From Chiloscyllium plagiosum (taxonomy: Eukaryota), in NCBI RefSeq assembly GCF_004010195.1, contig NC_057749.1:24038510-24102509 (forward strand): a stretch of 64,000 nucleotides of DNA, in the 5' to 3' direction. Made by a program: the position numbers and the translations under genes. Positions 38,713-51,530 of the stretch are shown piece by piece; position 1 is the first letter of the stretch, and every line of letters starts with the position of its first letter. The notes under the pieces are model-generated. The model ran no database searches. It worked only from the letters and a program-made list of their open reading frames with translations, and had not been told where the DNA came from.

Positions 38713-39156
38713 NNNNNNNNNNNNNNNNNNNNNNNNNNNNNNNNNNNNNNNNNNNNNNNNNNNNNNNNNNNNNNNNNNNNNNNNNNNNNNNNNNNNNNNN
38801 NNNNNNNNNNNNNNNNNNNNNNNNNNNNNNNNNNNNNNNNNNNNNNNNNNNNNNNNNNNNNNNNNNNNNNNNNNNNNNNNNNNNNNNNNNNNNNNNNNNN
38901 NNNNNNNNNNNNNNNNNNNNNNNNNNNNNNNNNNNNNNNNNNNNNNNNNNNNNNNNNNNNNNNNNNNNNNNNNNNNNNNNNNNNNNNNNNNNNNNNNNNN
39001 NNNNNNNNNNNNNNNNNNNNNNNNNNNNNNNNNNNNNNNNNNNNNNNNNNNNNNNNNNNNNNNNNNNNNNNNNNNNNNNNNNNNNNNNNNNNNNNNNNNN
39101 NNNNNNNNNNNNNNNNNNNNNNNNNNNNNNNNNNNNNNNNNNNNNNNNNNNNNNNN
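38713..39156. other. Assembly gap (444 N) inside a CT-rich repeat
   Basis: Run of N with polypyrimidine repeat on both sides. Confidence 0.99.
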
Positions 39157-39374
39157 TTTGCCCTCCTCTCTTCACCCTCCTCTCTCTTCCCTCCTCTCTC
39201 TCTCCCTTCCCCTCTCTCTCCCCTCCCCTCTCTCCCCTCGCTTCCCTCCCCTCTCTCCTCTCCCTCCCTCCCTCTGGCCTTGCCGGACAGTGTGCCGCGG
39301 TGTCTGTTTCTGCTTGAGCCCTTGCCGCCATGACGGAGTAATCTGATTGGCTGAACTGTGTTTGCTGTCCCCAG

Positions 39375-39558
39375 GGAGAACATCCTGAAGACAGCCAAGG
39401 CCCTGGTCGAAGACACCAAGTTCCTGGTGTCGGGGGCGGCCTCCAGCCAGGAGAAGCTGGCGCAGGCTGCGCAGTCCTCGGTCAACACCATCACCCAGCT
39501 GGCAGACGTGGTGAAGCAGGGAGCAGCCAGCCTTGGCTCCAATGACCCAGAAACACAG
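39375..39558 (+). CDS. TLN2: Talin-2 coding exon (R11): ENILKTAKALVEDTK...DPETQ
   Basis: cAG/GTacc; 184 nt, phase 2/0. Confidence 0.96.
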
Positions 39559-39584
39559 GTACCCGCACATGAGTCCCCAGGCAA

Positions 39585-39742
39585 TAGACGTGGAGCTCGG
39601 AAAACACGGCAGCTCCTGACGAAGGGTTTCGGTCCGAAATGTTGACTGTCCTGCTCCTCGGGTGCTCTCTGACCTGCTGTGCTTTCCCAGCTTCACATCT
39701 ATTGACTCTGGCCTCCAGCATCTGCAGTCCCTTACTGTCTCC
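39585..39742 (+). mobile_element. Penelope-pLTR-derived short element with a degenerate hammerhead core
   Basis: ctgacga-agggtttcggtcc-gaaat-gtt followed by the family tail ccagcatctgcagtcc. Confidence 0.7.
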
Positions 39743-40306
39743 AAGTCACTGCACTCAATGGCTGGGGAATAGATACTGACCCCATTCACTCACAACATAT
39801 GTGGGTTGGCAAACATAAGGCTTGAGAGCAGGAGTAGGCCATCCAGCCCATCGAACCTGCTCTACGATTTGATACAATCTCATCCCGGCCTCAGCTCCAC
39901 TCTCCTGATTCCTCATTCAGACTCCGTCTACCTTGTCCTGAATCAGTGTCCCAGCACTTTACTAAAATTCATTACCAGCATGAGGGTGTCACTGGCTAGG
40001 CCAGTATCGCCCATCCCTCATTGCCCTGAGGGCAGTTAAGAGTCAACCACATTGCTGCAGGTCTGGAGTCACATGTAGGCCAGACCAGGTAAAGATGGCA
40101 GTTTCCTTTCTCAAAGTACGGATTGGTTTTTCCGACAAGTGATCATGGATTCACAGTCTTTACTGGACTCTTAATTCCAATTTTTTAAAATTGAATTCAA
40201 GTCCCCAGAACATTACCTGGGTCTGTGGATAAACAGCCCTGCGATAATACCACCATCCTCTGGGATAGTGAATTCCATCGATTCAAGATCCTTTGAGGGA
40301 AGTGAT

Positions 40307-40632
40307 TCATAGAATTCCCACAGTGTGAAAGCAGGCCATTCAGCCCATTGAGTCCACACCGACCATCCAGGGAGCATCCCATCCAAACCCACCCATTCCT
40401 TGTAACCCTGCATTTTCCCATGGCTAACCCACCTAACCTGCACATCCCTGGACACTATAAACAATTTAGCATTGCCAATCCACCTAACCAGCACTTTGGA
40501 TTGTGGGAGGAAACCCACACAGACACAGGGAAAACACGCAAACTCCTCACAGATAGCTGCCCGAGGCTGGAATCGATCTCAAGTCCCCGGCTCTGTGAGG
40601 TAGCAGTGCTAACCACTGGGCCACCGTGCTGC
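40307..40632 (-). mobile_element. HE1-type V-SINE
   Basis: Reverse complement of head, core and tail. Confidence 0.85.
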
Positions 40633-40976
40633 CTTACCTCTGTTTTAAATCTGTCACCCCTTATCCTAAACCAATGATCTTGCGACCTGAATTGCAGGGG
40701 AAGCAGATTAGAGTTCATCGTGTCACGGTTGGTAGAACCTATCCCAGTTCTCCCCCGCTAAGGTCGGAGTTCAGGGATTCAAGTCCTACTCCAGAGATCC
40801 TGATGGTTCAGTGCAGTTCTTCAGGACTGCCCTTCATTTGAAATATGTAACTCCTGCCCTCTGGGTTTGATATCAGAGATCCTGTAAACTGACCCAGGGC
40901 ATGGTTTAGAGTTAGGGCAAGAGCAAGATTTTTATTTCTCCCCAGGATTTTGATCAATATTTACCTGAAATCACAG

Positions 40977-41305
40977 TAAATCAGTAGTTAGCACTGCTGC
41001 CTCCCAGCGCCAGGGAACCGGGTTCGATTCCAGCCTCAGACAACTGTCAGTGTGGATTTTGCAATTACCCCCGTGTCTGTGTGGCTTTCCTCCAGGTACC
41101 CCGGTTTCCTCCCACAGTCCAAAGATGTGCAGGTTATGGTGGATTGGCCATGCTAAATTGCCCATAGTGTCCAGGGATGTGCAGGCTGGGTGGGTTAGCC
41201 ATGGGAAATGCAGGGTTAGGGATAGGGTTGGTGGGTAGGATGCTTTTCAAAGATGCAGACGCAGTAGACTGAATGATTTCTTTCTACACTATCAGAATTC
41301 TATGA
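40977..41305 (+). mobile_element. HE1-type V-SINE
   Basis: Head, core and tail. Confidence 0.85.
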
Positions 41306-41451
41306 TAAATCTAGACAGACCAGGTATGGAGCTGGGATCCCGGTTCAACAGGAGGTGCTGTGTGTTTTCAGTGATCCACCATTAATCATTGCTCAGTTGA
41401 CAGAGAGAGTTCAGCTATTGGTGAACTGAGGCACTGTCTGTGGGTCTTTAG

Positions 41452-41577
41452 GTGGTGCTCATCAATGCAGTGAAGGATGTGGCAAAGGCTTTGACCGACC
41501 TCATCAGCGCCACAAAATGTGCAGCTGGCAAACCCGCTGACGATCCATCGATGTACCAACTGAAGAGCGCGGCCAAG
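41452..41577 (+). CDS. TLN2: Talin-2 coding exon (R11): VVLINAVKDVAKAL...LKSAAK
   Basis: tAG/GTaca; 126 nt, phase 0/0. Confidence 0.96.
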
Positions 41578-42522
41578 GTACAGTGCAAAAGGCATGGGGC
41601 AGAAATGGGGACCGGGGGACTCAGGGATGGAGCAGGGAAAAGGTGGGAGTTAGTGGGGGTAGAGCTGGGACTTTGAGGAGGGGAAGGGATTGAAGGAGTG
41701 AGAGTTGGTTAGGAGAGGAGTTTGGGTGGGAGGGGCGAGTGTTGGTGGAGTGAGGAGATTGAGGGGTGGGATTGTGGGGTGAGGGGTTCAACTGGGAGGT
41801 GAGGGATGGGATTTTGGGATGGTGGGATTGAGACTGTGGGGTGGGAGGTGTGACTATGGGATGGTGGAATTGAGGGATGGGACTGTAGGCTGGTTTTTGC
41901 GACTCTGGGGTGAGGGTCCTGAGTGGGGAAAGTGGCGTACTGACAGATGTCTCCAGTTGTGTGTATTGGTTGTGTGACCCACAATTCCACATCAATTACC
42001 AGCCTTACAATGGTGTAATTTGTCCTGAATTGATTTTATCATTTAACGGTTTTCAAAAAAAAATTACAAGTGCTAAATTATGAGAATGTATTCCACGGGC
42101 CTGTGTTTTTTTGCACAAAGAGGAGCAGTGTGTGAACTAATTAAAGGGTTGATAATGTTTTTTAAAAGAAGCTATTGAGGGAAATGATTTCCTGTTGTGG
42201 GACATTTACCTTCAAACTGGGCATCCAGGGCTAATGTGAGGAATTATCCCCTGACACAGGAGGACAATAGAAGTTGGGAAGTCTCTCTCCCAGAAACCTT
42301 TGGAGTTTGAGGTACTGGGTGGGGGAAGGATGTAGGGAGTGTCAATTATAAGGAGTAAAATTGAGATTGCTGGATACAAAGGTGACAGAGCCAAGGTGGG
42401 TAGGTGCACTTAATACCTCAATGAGCGCGGAGCAGGCTCGAGGGGGCTGAATGGCCTCCTCTTGTTCTTGTGACAATGCAATGACCTGGTTTTCCTCCCT
42501 CCCCTCCCCTCCCTCTCCATAG

Positions 42523-42639
42523 GTGATGGTTACAAATGTCACATCACTCCTGAAAACAGTGAAAGCTGTGGAGGATGAGGCCACACGAGGTACCAGGGCG
42601 CTCGAGGGAACGATAGAGAGCATCAAACAGGAGCTGGCG
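42523..42639 (+). CDS. TLN2: Talin-2 coding exon (R11 end, R12 start): VMVTNVTSLLKTVKAVEDEATRGTRALE...QELA
   Basis: Strong pyrimidine tract, tAG/GTatg; 117 nt, phase 0/0. Confidence 0.96.
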
Positions 42640-43402
42640 GTATGTGAGAGCCCTGCATCTTCAGTTTAAACTTGCGCACGAGCCTGCGCCCTTAGGAAAC
42701 TTTTCACCCAGTGGTATCGTTTTTTTACCATTCACTTCCCAACTTCCTCAGCTTCTAAACTGATTGTAAGTCCCCATTTTTAATCACTAGCCCATTGGCT
42801 CGCTGCTGAGGCCATAAATACATCTTTGGAATCTAAAGAGTTTTGGAAGATGACACCATTTCCATAGCCAACCCATTTAGTATCCTGGGGTGTGGATTAT
42901 CAGGCCCTGGGAATTTATCAATTTTCAGTCCCGTTAATTTCTCCTTCAATTCTTCCTTCCCCCAAAGACCTAAAGAACATTTGGGAATGTTTCTGGGTCG
43001 CCTTCTGTCCATCAAATCACAGAAGTGTTAGGGTGCAGAAGGAGGCCATTCAGCCCATCTGCCTGTACCAGCTCATTAAATGAGTATCATTATTTGCAAC
43101 CAATTTCCTTCTTTCTCTCCCATATCCCTGCACGTAATTTCTATTCGAATAATCATCTAGTACCTCATAAATGTCTTAACAGAACCTGCATTGGCCTGCA
43201 CCATATTTCCAGGCAATGCGTTCCAGACCCTACCTACTCGCTGTGTGGAAAAACACTATTTTCTTGCTTCACGGTTGCTGTTTTTAAATTGAGTCATAGC
43301 GTTGTACAGCACGGAAACCGACCTTTCGTCAAACCCATTCATGCCACCAAACATCCCAATCTGACCTAGTCTCGTTTACCAGCATTTGGCCCATATCTCC
43401 CC

Positions 43403-43902
43403 NNNNNNNNNNNNNNNNNNNNNNNNNNNNNNNNNNNNNNNNNNNNNNNNNNNNNNNNNNNNNNNNNNNNNNNNNNNNNNNNNNNNNNNNNNNNNNNNNN
43501 NNNNNNNNNNNNNNNNNNNNNNNNNNNNNNNNNNNNNNNNNNNNNNNNNNNNNNNNNNNNNNNNNNNNNNNNNNNNNNNNNNNNNNNNNNNNNNNNNNNN
43601 NNNNNNNNNNNNNNNNNNNNNNNNNNNNNNNNNNNNNNNNNNNNNNNNNNNNNNNNNNNNNNNNNNNNNNNNNNNNNNNNNNNNNNNNNNNNNNNNNNNN
43701 NNNNNNNNNNNNNNNNNNNNNNNNNNNNNNNNNNNNNNNNNNNNNNNNNNNNNNNNNNNNNNNNNNNNNNNNNNNNNNNNNNNNNNNNNNNNNNNNNNNN
43801 NNNNNNNNNNNNNNNNNNNNNNNNNNNNNNNNNNNNNNNNNNNNNNNNNNNNNNNNNNNNNNNNNNNNNNNNNNNNNNNNNNNNNNNNNNNNNNNNNNNN
43901 NN
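43403..43902. other. Assembly gap (exactly 500 N, probably a placeholder of unknown size)
   Basis: Round length; unrelated repeats on the two sides. Confidence 0.99.
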
Positions 43903-46900
43903 AAATTATTATGGGTATGTGTAAAAGGAACAGGGTGGTCATTCTGGGGGACTTTAACTTCCCCAACATTGACTGGAAACGCTATAACTCTAGTAGGTCG
44001 GATGGATCAGTTTTTGCCCAATGTGTACAGGAGGGTTTCCTGACACAGGATGTCGAAGGGCCGACAAGAGAGGAGTCCACACTAGATCTGGTGCTTGGTA
44101 ATGAACCAGGCCAAGAGTTTGATTTAGTAGGAGGTGAGCACTTTGGAGAGAGTGACCATAATTCAGTTACGTTTAGTTTAGCGATGGAAAGGGATAGGTA
44201 CATGCCACTGGTCAAGAGTTATAGATGAGGCAAGGGCAATTATAATGCGATTAGGCAGGAATTAGGATGCATAGAATGAGGTAGCAAAATGCAGGGGATG
44301 CAGACAATGGAAATGTGGAGCTGGTTTAAGGAACAGATATTGTGTGGCCTTGATAGGTATGTCGCTGTCAGGCAGGGAGGAAGTGATAAGGTAAGGGAAC
44401 TGTGGTTTACGACAGAAATTGCATCGCTTGGTATGAAGAAGAAGGAGGCTTATGTGTTAATGAGGCAATGTGGTACAGATGAGGAGATGGAGAGTTACAG
44501 ATCAGCTAGGAAGGATTTAAAGAGAGAGTTAAGAAAAGCAAAGAGAGGACACGAGCAGTCTTTAGCAAATAGAATAATGGAGAACCCTAAAGCTTTCTAT
44601 AGGTATGTGAGGAATAAAAAGATGATTAGGGTAGGAATAGTGCCAGTCAAAGACAGAAGTGGGAAGTTGAGTGTGGACCCTGTGGAGATTGGCGGGGTGC
44701 TAAATGAACATTTCTCATTGGTTTTCACTCAGGAAAAGGAGAATATTATAGAGGAAAAGAATGAGGTATGAGAGATAAATGCGAGGTGCTGCATTTTGGG
44801 AAAGCAAATCTTAGCAGGACTTATACACTTAATGGTAAGGTCCTAGGGTGTGTTGCTGAACAAAGAGACCTTGGAGTGCAGGTTCATAGCTCCTTGAAAG
44901 TGGAGTTGCAGGTAGATAGGATCGTGAAGAAGGCGTTTGGTATGCTTTCCTTTATTGGTCAGAGTATTGAGTACAGGAGTTGGGAGGTCATGTTACGGCT
45001 GTACAGGACATTGGTTAGGCTACTGTTGGAATATTGCATGTAATTCTGGTCTCCTTCCTATCAGAAAGATGTTGTGAAACTTGAAAGGGTTCAGAAAAGA
45101 TTTACAAGGATGTTGCCAGGGTTGGAGGATCTGAGCTACAGGGAGAGGCTGAACAGGCTGGGGCTGTTTTCCCTGGAGCGTCGTAGGCTGAGGGATGACC
45201 TTATACAGGTTTACAAAATTATGAGGAGCATGGATAGGATAAATAGGCAAAGTCTTTTCCCTGGGGCCGGTAAGTCCAAAACTAGAGGGCATAGGTTTAG
45301 GGTGAGAGGGGAAAGATATAAAAGAGACCTAAGGGGCAACGTTTTCACGCAGAGGGTGGTACATGTGTGGAATGAGCTGCCAGAGGATGTGGTGGAGACT
45401 GGTACAATTGCAACATTTAAGAGGCATTTGGATGGGTATATGAAAAGGGAGGGTTTGGATATGGGCCGGGTGCTGACAGGTAGGACTAGATTGGGTTGGG
45501 ATATCTGGTCGGCATGGACGGGTTGGACCGAAGGGTCTGTTTTCGTGCTGTACATCTCTATGACTCTAGAAAGGTTCAAGGTTAGTTACGAACAGGTGTT
45601 ATCAATTCTAGAAGGAGTGAAAGTAGACAAGTCCCCTGGGCCAGATGGGATTTATCCAAGGATTCTTTGGGAAGCTAGGGAGGAGATAGCAGTGCCTTTG
45701 TCTATAGGTTTGGTACCAGAGAACTGGAGGATTGTAAATGTTGTACCCTTGTTCAAGAAGGGCAGTAGAGATGACCCAGGTAATTATAGACCAGTAAGCC
45801 TTTTGTCTGTTGTAGGAAAGGCTTTGGAAAGGATTATAAGAGATAAGATTTATAATTATCTAGCAAGCAACAATTTGATTTCAGATAGTCAACATGGTTT
45901 CGTCAAGGGCATCTCATTGAGTTTTTTGAGAAGGTGACCAAGCATGTGGATGAGGGTAGGACAGTTGACGTGGTATACATGGACTTCAGTAAAGCCTTTG
46001 ATAAGGTTCCACATGGTAGGCTGTTGGAGAAAATGCAGAGGCATGGAATTGAGGGTGATTTAGCAGTTTGGATTAGAAACTGGCTTTCTGAAAGAAGGCA
46101 GCGAGTGGTAGTTGATGGAAAATATTCAGCCTGGAGTCCGGTTACTAGTGGTGTGCCACAAGGATCTGTTTTGGGACCACTGCTGTTTTTAATTTTTATA
46201 AATGACTTAGACGCAGGCATAGGTGGATGGATTAGTAAGTTTGCAGATGAGACTAATGTCGATGGAGTAGTGGACAGTGTGGAAGAATGTTACAGGTTGC
46301 AGGGGGACTTGGATAAACTGCAGAATTGGGCTGAGAGGTGGCAAATGGAGTTCAATGCAGCTAAATGTGAAGTGATTCACTTTGGGAAAAATAACAGGAA
46401 GGCAGAAAACTGGATCAATGGAAAGATTCTTGGTAGTGTAGATGTGCAGAGGGATCTTGGAGTCCATGTACATAGATCCCTGAAAGTTGCCATCCAGGTG
46501 GATAGTGCAGTTAAGAAGATATATGGTGTGTTAGGTTTCATTTGTACAGGGATTGAGTTCCGGACCCGCAATATCATGCTGCGACTATACAAAACACTGG
46601 TGCGACTGCACTTGGAATATTGTGGACAGTTCTGGTCCCCATATTTCGGGAAGGATGTGGAAGCATTGGAAAAGGTGCAGAGGAGATTTACCAGGATGTT
46701 GCCTGGTCTGGAGGGAAGGTCATATGAGGAAAGGCTGAGAGACTTGAACCTGTTCTTATTGGCAAGAAGAAGGCTAAGAGGGGATTTGATAGAGACATAC
46801 AAGATGATCAGAGGATTAGATAGGGTGGACAGTGAGTCTTTTTCCTAGATTGGTGACGTCAGCATGTACGAAGTCTTTTTCCTAGATTGGTGACGTCAGC

Positions 46901-47168
46901 ATGTACGAGGGGTCATAACTACAAATTGAGGGCTGATAGATTTAAGACAGAAGTCAGAGGCAGGTTCTTTACGCAGAGAGTGGTAAGGGTGTGGAATGCC
47001 CTACCTGCTAATGTAGTCAACTCAGCCACATTAGGGAGATTTGAACTATCCTTAGATAAGCACATCGACGATGATGGGATAGTGTAGGGGGACGAGCTGA
47101 GAATAGTTCACAGGTCGGTGCAACATCGAGGGCCGAAGGGCCTGTTCTGTGCTGTACTGTTCTATGTT
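43903..47168 (+). mobile_element. Long CR1 LINE (APE endonuclease and RT remnant) with a younger CR1 3' fragment nested at ~44773-45568
   Basis: GDFNFPNIDW, SDHN, VDVVYMDFSKAFDKVPH, SGVPQGSVLGPLLF and KFAD motifs; stops and frameshifts; ttctatgttct tail. Confidence 0.95.
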
Positions 47169-47835
47169 CTCTCCCCCAATATCTCACTGTCGCTCCCCCA
47201 ATATCTCACTGTCTCTCTCCCCCAGTATCTCACTGTCTGTCTCCCCCAGTATCTCACTGTCTCTCCCCCAGTATCTCACTATCTCTCCCGCAGTATATCA
47301 CTGTCTTAACCCCCAGTATCTCACTGTCTCTCTTTCCCAGTATCTCACGGTCTCTCCCCCAGTATCTCACTGTCTCTCCCCCAGTATCTCACTGTCTGTC
47401 TCTCTCTCTCCCAGTATCTCACTGTCTCTCTCCCCCAGTATCTCACTGTCTCTCCCGCAGTATCTCACTGTCTCTCCCCCAGTATTTCACTATCCCCAGT
47501 ATCTCACGGTCTCTCCCCCAGTTTCTCACGGTCTCTCCCGCAGTATCTCACTGTTTCTCCCCCAGTATCTCACTGTCTCTCCCCAGTATCTCACGGTCTC
47601 TCCCCCAGTATCTCACTGTCTCTCCCCTAGTATCTCACTGTCTCTCCCCCAGTATCTCACGGTCTCTCCCACAGTATCTCATTGTCTCTCCCCAGTATCT
47701 CACGGCCTCTCCCCCAGTTTCTCACGGTCTCTCCCCCAGTTTCTCACGGTCTCTCCCCCAGTATCTCACNTCACTGCCTCTCCCCCAGTATCTCACTGTC
47801 TCTCCCCCAGTATCTCACTGTCTCTCCCCCATCTC
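47169..47835. repeat. Minisatellite, 22-26 bp unit (ctcccccagtatctcactgtct)
   Basis: Directly visible, immediately after the CR1 tail. Confidence 0.95.
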
Positions 47836-47969
47836 TCTGCTTTTAAATTACTCCCCAAAAACCTACCTCCAACCAAGTCTTTAGTCATCTATTCTTGCAC
47901 CAAATTGTATTTGGTTCCACCTCCTGTGATGGACCTGGTGATGGTTTGTTATTTTAATGCAGATTGCTG

Positions 47970-48570
47970 AAACATAGAAAACAGGAGTAGGCCATTCGGC
48001 CCTTCGAGCCTGCTCCATCAGTCAATATGATCCCATCTGATCATCCAACTCTCAACAGTCCCCTGTTCCTACTCGCACCCCAAACCTTTTGATCCCTTTC
48101 GGCCTAAGAATGATATCTAATTTTTTCTTGTAAACGTTTAATGTTTTGGCTTCATCTCCTTTCTGTGCTGGGAAATCTGGGTGAAGAAATTTCTCCTCCT
48201 CTCTGCCATAAACAGCTTCTATATCGTTAAACTGTTCCAGACTCTCTGCTCATTACAAAGATCCTTCCTACATTTACCCTGTCTCGTGCTGTTAGAAGTT
48301 TTTGGTTTCTATGAGTTCTCCTTCATTCTTCTCAACTTCAATGAATATTGTTCTAACTGATTCAGTCTGCCTTCCTCCATCAGTCCTGCCATCCCAGGAT
48401 TCAGTCTGGTAAAACTTTGTTGCACTCCCTCGATAGCTAAACCACCCTTTCTCAGATAAGGAGACCAAAACTGCACACAATGTTCCAGGTGTGGCCTCAC
48501 CAGGCCCAGTACAATTGCAGCGAGATACCCCTGCCCCTGTACTCGAATCCTTTTGCTATGAAGGCCAATG
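47970..48570 (-). mobile_element. CR1 LINE 3' end
   Basis: RPHLEHCVQFWSPYLRK. Confidence 0.85.
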
Positions 48571-48574
48571 TAGG

Positions 48575-49280
48575 GGCTAGTTTAGGGGACCATTATTCAG
48601 AGTACTGGTCTAAATGATAAGATTCTTGGTAGCGTGGATGAGCAGAGAGATCTTGGTATCTACATACGTAGATCCCTGAAAGTTGCCACCCAAGTTGATA
48701 AAAGGCGTACGGTGTGTTAGCTTTTATTGGGAGAGGGATTGAGTTTCACAACCATGAGGTCATGCTGCAGCTGTACAAAACTCTGGTGCGGCCGCACTTG
48801 GAGAATAGCGTACAGTTCTGATCACTGCATTATAAGAAGGATGTGGAAGCTTTGGAAAGGGTTCAAAGGAGATTTACCAGAATGTTGCCTGGTGTGGAGG
48901 GAAGGTCTAATGCGGAGATACTTGAGGCTATTTTTGTTAGAGAGAAGGTTGAGAGGTGACTTAATAGAGACATACAAGATAATCAGAGGATTAGATAGAG
49001 TGGACAGTGAGAGGCCTTTTCCTTGGATGATGATGGCTAGCATGTGGGGACTTAGGTGATAGATATAGGACAGATTTAGGATAGTTTCTTAACTCAGAGA
49101 CTAGTAAGGGTGTGGAACGCACTGCCTACAACGGTAATAGACTCACCAACTTAAGGGCATTTAAATAGTCATTGGATAAAAATGGAATAGTGTAGGTTAG
49201 ATGGACTTCAGATTGGTTTCACAGGACGGCACAACATCGAGGTCCGATGGGCCTGTACAGTGCTGGAATGTTCTATGTTC
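48575..49280 (+). mobile_element. CR1 LINE 3' end
   Basis: RRLRGDLIETYKIIRGLDRVDSE; ttctatgttc tail. Confidence 0.88.
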
Positions 49281-49640
49281 AGTTGAGTTTGGGATTATGG
49301 TGCTTCTTCACCCCCTGCTACACCTGCATGCTCATTTCCAGCAACTGGTGCACAAAAACACCCAGGTCTCATTGTATATCCCTCTTTCCCCCTTTGATAA
49401 TAATTTGCCTTCCTGTTTTTGCTCCCATCGTGGATAGCCTCACATTTATTCATGTATTTGACCACTTACCCAACTTGTCCAAATCACACTGAATCCCCCT
49501 CACAGCTCACCCTCCACCCAACTCCGTGTGTGCTCTGCTAACTTGACGATATTATACATTGTTCCCTCATTTAAATTATTAAAATACCTTGTGAATAGCT
49601 GGGTTCTCAGCCCTGATCTCTGTGTTACCTCACTAGTCAC

Positions 49641-50965
49641 TTGTTGAGCTTATACAGGACATTGGTGAGGCCTCTCTTGGAATACTGTGCCCAGTTCTGG
49701 TCTCCCTGTTATTGGAAGGATATTATTAAACTGGAGAGGGTTCAGAAAAGACTTACCAGGATGCTGCCAGGAATGGAGGGTTTGGCTTATGAGGAGAGGC
49801 TGGACAGGCTGGGCCTGTTTTCACTGGAGTGGAGGAGGTTGAGGGGTGATGTTATAGAGGTTTATAAAATCATAAGGGGTCCAGATAAGGTGAATGGCGG
49901 ATGTCTTTTCCCTAGGGTGGGGGAGTTCAAGACTAGGGGGGCATATTTTTAAGGTGAGAGGAGAAAGATTTATAAAAAACGGGAGGCTATTTGTTTACAT
50001 AGAGAGTGGTTCAAGTGTGGAATGAACTTCCAGAGGACGTGGTGGGTGCGGGTACAGTTACGTTGAAAAGACATTTGGTTAGGTTAGATGGGCTTCAGAT
50101 GGGTTTCACAGGACGGCGCAACATTGAGGGCCGATGGGCCTGTCCAGTGCTGGAATGTTCTATGTTCAGTTGAGTTTGGGATTATGGTACTTCTTCACCC
50201 CCTGCTACACCTGGACTAGGCCAGACCACTCAAAACATTCTTGAGCCGGCAATCCAGACCATAACTTAGCAAGTTGTTTCGGTAAGTGTACAGTGAGAAT
50301 TACTCAGAGTAAGGTACCAGGTTTTAAAACAGACAGAAATTTATTCACAAAATTACACAACGAAACACAAAGAACAGAATAAAGAACCCCTACAGAGCTC
50401 AGTCTGTCCAAACTAGACTTAGGTATGCTGTTCTGAATATACACAACAGTCCCAATAAGCAAACACTCTTAAAAACCAGTATAAATGGAACAGATGCTTA
50501 CAGGTTGAAGTTAGATCAGCAGAAGAAGAGAGAGAGAGAGTTTCCACACAGCTCACTGTTGAACTCCCAACTAGTTCTGGACTGAACTGAACTGCTTAGC
50601 TAGAGAGCTGCCCACTGCCCTTTCGTTATACAGGTCACTTCTAAGACATGACCACTTTGGCCTGAAGTCTCATCTGTTTACATATAAACAAAAGGCCTCT
50701 CAATACTCTTTAATCTCTCTACCAAACCAGACTGATTGGCACAGGAAGCTGTTTACGACCCCTCTGAAAAATACCAAGGACACAGTATCCTTGAGAAAAG
50801 GAATAGCTTTTAGAAAAAAAGGAGCCAGCTTTGTGACAAAGTCCATGAATAAGAAATGTTCGGAGGGACATGGGCCAAGTGCAGGCAGGTGGGACTAGTT
50901 TAGTTTGGGATTATGGTCAGCATGGACTGGTTGGGCCGAAGGGTCTGTTTCTGTGCTGTATGACA
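49641..50965 (+). mobile_element. CR1 LINE 3' end split by an LTR and a local duplication
   Basis: ORF 49641-49952; the 3'UTR resumes at 50839. Confidence 0.88.
50214..50838 (-). mobile_element. Solo LTR with one end clipped
   Basis: Minus strand starts TGTCAC, has AATAAA (50340-50345) and ends ggtctggcctagtcc, resembling the 29294-29965 LTR. Confidence 0.7.
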
Positions 50966-51303
50966 CTGAGAGTGGCTGCCACTTGGGAAAAGGGCCATTG
51001 ATTCCTAGCCCTTGTTCCCTGTCTGGTAATCAGTTCTCTGTCCACAGGATATAGATAGATTAGCGACTTGGGCACAGAAATGGCAGATGGAGATTAATCC
51101 ACACAAATGCGAGGTGATGCGTTCTGGATGATCAAATTTAGGTATGAATTCTACTGTAAATGGCAGAACGCTGAGAAAGGTTAACATACAGACCGATCTG
51201 GGTGTGCAGGTCCACAGTTCCCTTAAAATGGCGACACAGGTGGCCAAGATGATTAAGAAGGCTCATGGCCTGCTCACCTTCATTGGCTGGGGCATGGAGT
51301 ACC

Positions 51304-51530
51304 AGAGTCGAAGAACTGCGGTGCTGGAAAAGCACAGCTGGTCAGGCAGCATCCAAGGAGCAGGAGAGTCATCGTTTCGAGCATAAGCTCTTCATCAGAA
51401 CGTTCCTGATGAAGGGCTTTTGCCCGAAACGTCGACTCTCCTGCTCCTCGGATGCTGCCTGACCGGCTGCGCTTTTCCAGCCCCACACTCTTCGACTCTG
51501 GTCTCCAGCATCTGCAGTCCTCACTTTCTC
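51304..51530. mobile_element. Fold-back Penelope-pLTR-derived short element with hammerhead cores
   Basis: About 95-bp inverted arms; 11-bp TSD catggagtacc (51293-51303 and 51531-51541). Confidence 0.85.
51401..51438 (+). ncRNA. Minimal type I hammerhead ribozyme motif
   Basis: CUGAUGA, stem II gggc-uuuu-gccc, GAAAC-GUC; stem I short. Confidence 0.65.

Noticed and set aside
38435..39584. 200-345 aa ORFs
   Set aside because: Artefacts of the N gap and CT repeats; only 39375-39558 is coding.
43903..46848. Active reverse transcriptase gene or novel RT system
   Set aside because: Ordinary CR1 ORF2 broken by stops, frameshifts and a nested insertion.
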